Origin: Octopus sinensis
Taxonomy: Eukaryota
DNA length: 64,000 bases
Reading direction: 5' to 3'
NCBI RefSeq assembly: GCF_006345805.1
Contig: NC_043011.1
Location: forward strand, 1,922,001 to 1,986,000
A model generated the notes under the pieces. That model saw only the letters and a list, made by a program, of their open reading frames with translations. It did not search any database and was not told the DNA's origin. The translations under genes were made by a program, and so were the position numbers. This document shows positions 62,450 through 64,000 of this stretch, in pieces (the first letter of the stretch is position 1; every line of letters begins with the position of its first letter).

Positions 62450-63200
62450 AGGCACAGGTGTGGCTGTGTGGTAAGAAGCTTGCTTCTCAACCACATGGTT
62501 TTGGGTTCAGTCTCACTGTGGGGTACTTTGGGCAAGAGTCTTCAGCTATAGCCTCAGGCTGACCAGATGAAAACTGAAACAATTCTGTCATCATCATCAT
62601 CATTGTTGTTTAACGTCTGCTTTCCATGCTGGCATGGGTTGGATGGTTTCACTGAGAACTGGCAAGCTGAGAGGCTGCACCAGACTCCAATCAGATTTGA
62701 CAAGGTTTCTACAGCTTCCTAAAGCCAACTACTCTGAGAGTGTAGTGGGCACTTTTACATGCCACCAGCATGGGTGCCAGTCAGGTGGCTCTAGGCTCAG
62801 CCACAACTATGATTTCACTCGGTTCAACAGGTCTTCACAAGCACCGCATATTGCCCAATGATTGAAAGGTGCTTTTAAATGGGCCAGTTATGCGACACTA
62901 TATATGTTATATATATATATGTATGTATATATATATATGTACATATGCATATATATATGTTTGTATGCCTATTTTTATGTGTGTGTGTCTTTGTGTCTGT
63001 GTTTGTCCCTCATCACTGCTTGACAAGCACTGTTGGTGTGTTTATGTTCCCATAATTTAGCGGTTCAGCAAAAGAGATTGATGGAATAAATACCAGGCTT
63101 TAAAAATAGATATAAGTCCTGGGGTCGATGTGTTTGACTAAAAGCCTTTCAAGATGGTGCTCCAGCAGTCAAATAGCTGAAACAAGTAAAAGAGAAAAGA
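62450..63200. mobile_element. SINE B (+) interrupted by an RTE tail (-, 62590-62900)
   Basis: Head at 62450-62580, tail at 62990-63200, RTE terminal sequence between them. Confidence 0.75.
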
Positions 63201-63212
63201 CAAAAATCTATG

Positions 63213-63510
63213 TACACGTGGGGTGTTCAGGCTAAAATTGACAGTTTGCATTAAAGGACAAGAAATGGCATTATCCCATCGAAGAATAAAAGTAGTTTAA
63301 AAAAATCCAAAAACATCAGCCTTATTATGGCTCAGAGATAAGATTACTCTAAGTAGCTTCCCTCTTTTCCAATACTTAGATGGCTTCCAGTCCTCCATAT
63401 CAGCTAAAATTTTCTCAATTGCAGCTTTAGTCTTCATGCTCTCCAATGCCATTAAAACTCTTTTTTATCAATTCATCAAGCCTTTCCTGTAAAAGTGAGA
63501 AAACCTTATA
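63213..63510. mobile_element. Mariner/Tc1-type remnant
   Basis: TA-CACGTGGGGTGTTCAG TIR-like start; minus strand FYRKGL resembles a mariner C-terminus. Confidence 0.35.
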
Positions 63511-63894
63511 TCTGACAAAGGCACACACACACACACACAAAACACATACACATATGACAAAGCCATGTGTATCTGCTCTGCTCAGATTACCTGATTGGTA
63601 AAACAAGTGTCACACTAGCTTGTGTGAGTGGTTTGTGTGAGTGGTTTGAAGTAGAAAATTTTCCCCATGCACCTTTCCTATTTCCTTACAAAATATATGA
63701 AAAATAATTGAATTATGAATTAGATGAGAAAGACTGCAAACATGAGTTACTGTAGAACAGTAAGATGTTGTTGTTATTGTTGTGGTTGTTATTTACTTCC
63801 CTATTAGCCCAGGCTTATCAGACCTGTGTATAATGGTACTCTAGTTGTGGCCAACAAGTGTTATTATTAAGATATTAGCCTGTGATTTGTGGGG

Positions 63895-64000
63895 GATGTA
63901 TTTGCTATTTCTTATTTCTTTATTGCCCACAAGGGGCTACACAGAGGGGACAAACAAGAACAGACAAACGGATTAAGTCGATTATATCGACCCCAGTGCA
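63895..64000 (-). mobile_element. SINE family A tail, runs off the window end
   Basis: TATTTCTTTATTGCCCACAAGGGGCT..AAGTCGATTATATCGACCCCAGTG matches 4341-4440. Confidence 0.85.

Overview
AT-rich, microsatellite-rich animal genomic DNA, most likely intronic or intergenic sequence from a coleoid cephalopod (Octopus-like). That assignment is an inference from the SINE, RTE and Penelope repeat repertoire, not from a database search. There is no intact multi-exon gene, rRNA, CRISPR array or prokaryotic operon. Most of the window is nested transposon debris: three recurring tRNA-derived SINE families (called A, B and C here), RTE LINE bodies and many RTE 3' tails, two near full-length mariner elements, hAT, piggyBac and 8-bp-TSD MITEs, a Helitron helicase, a Gypsy pol, a CR1/L2-type endonuclease, a HERO/NeSL-type restriction-like endonuclease end, and several Penelope-like (PLE) fragments. 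The observations not explained by routine annotation are: (1) a 424-bp insertion bounded by a 13-bp direct repeat that joins head-to-head tRNA-like heads to a hammerhead-ribozyme-bearing tail; (2) four further decayed minimal hammerheads of different sequence families; (3) three long fold-back palindromes; (4) a MITE carrying (CCCTAA)n; (5) short locally templated duplications; (6) a GC3-rich orphan coding fragment and a few candidate exons of an unidentified host gene. Coordinates of decayed elements are approximate and family names come from remembered motifs only.
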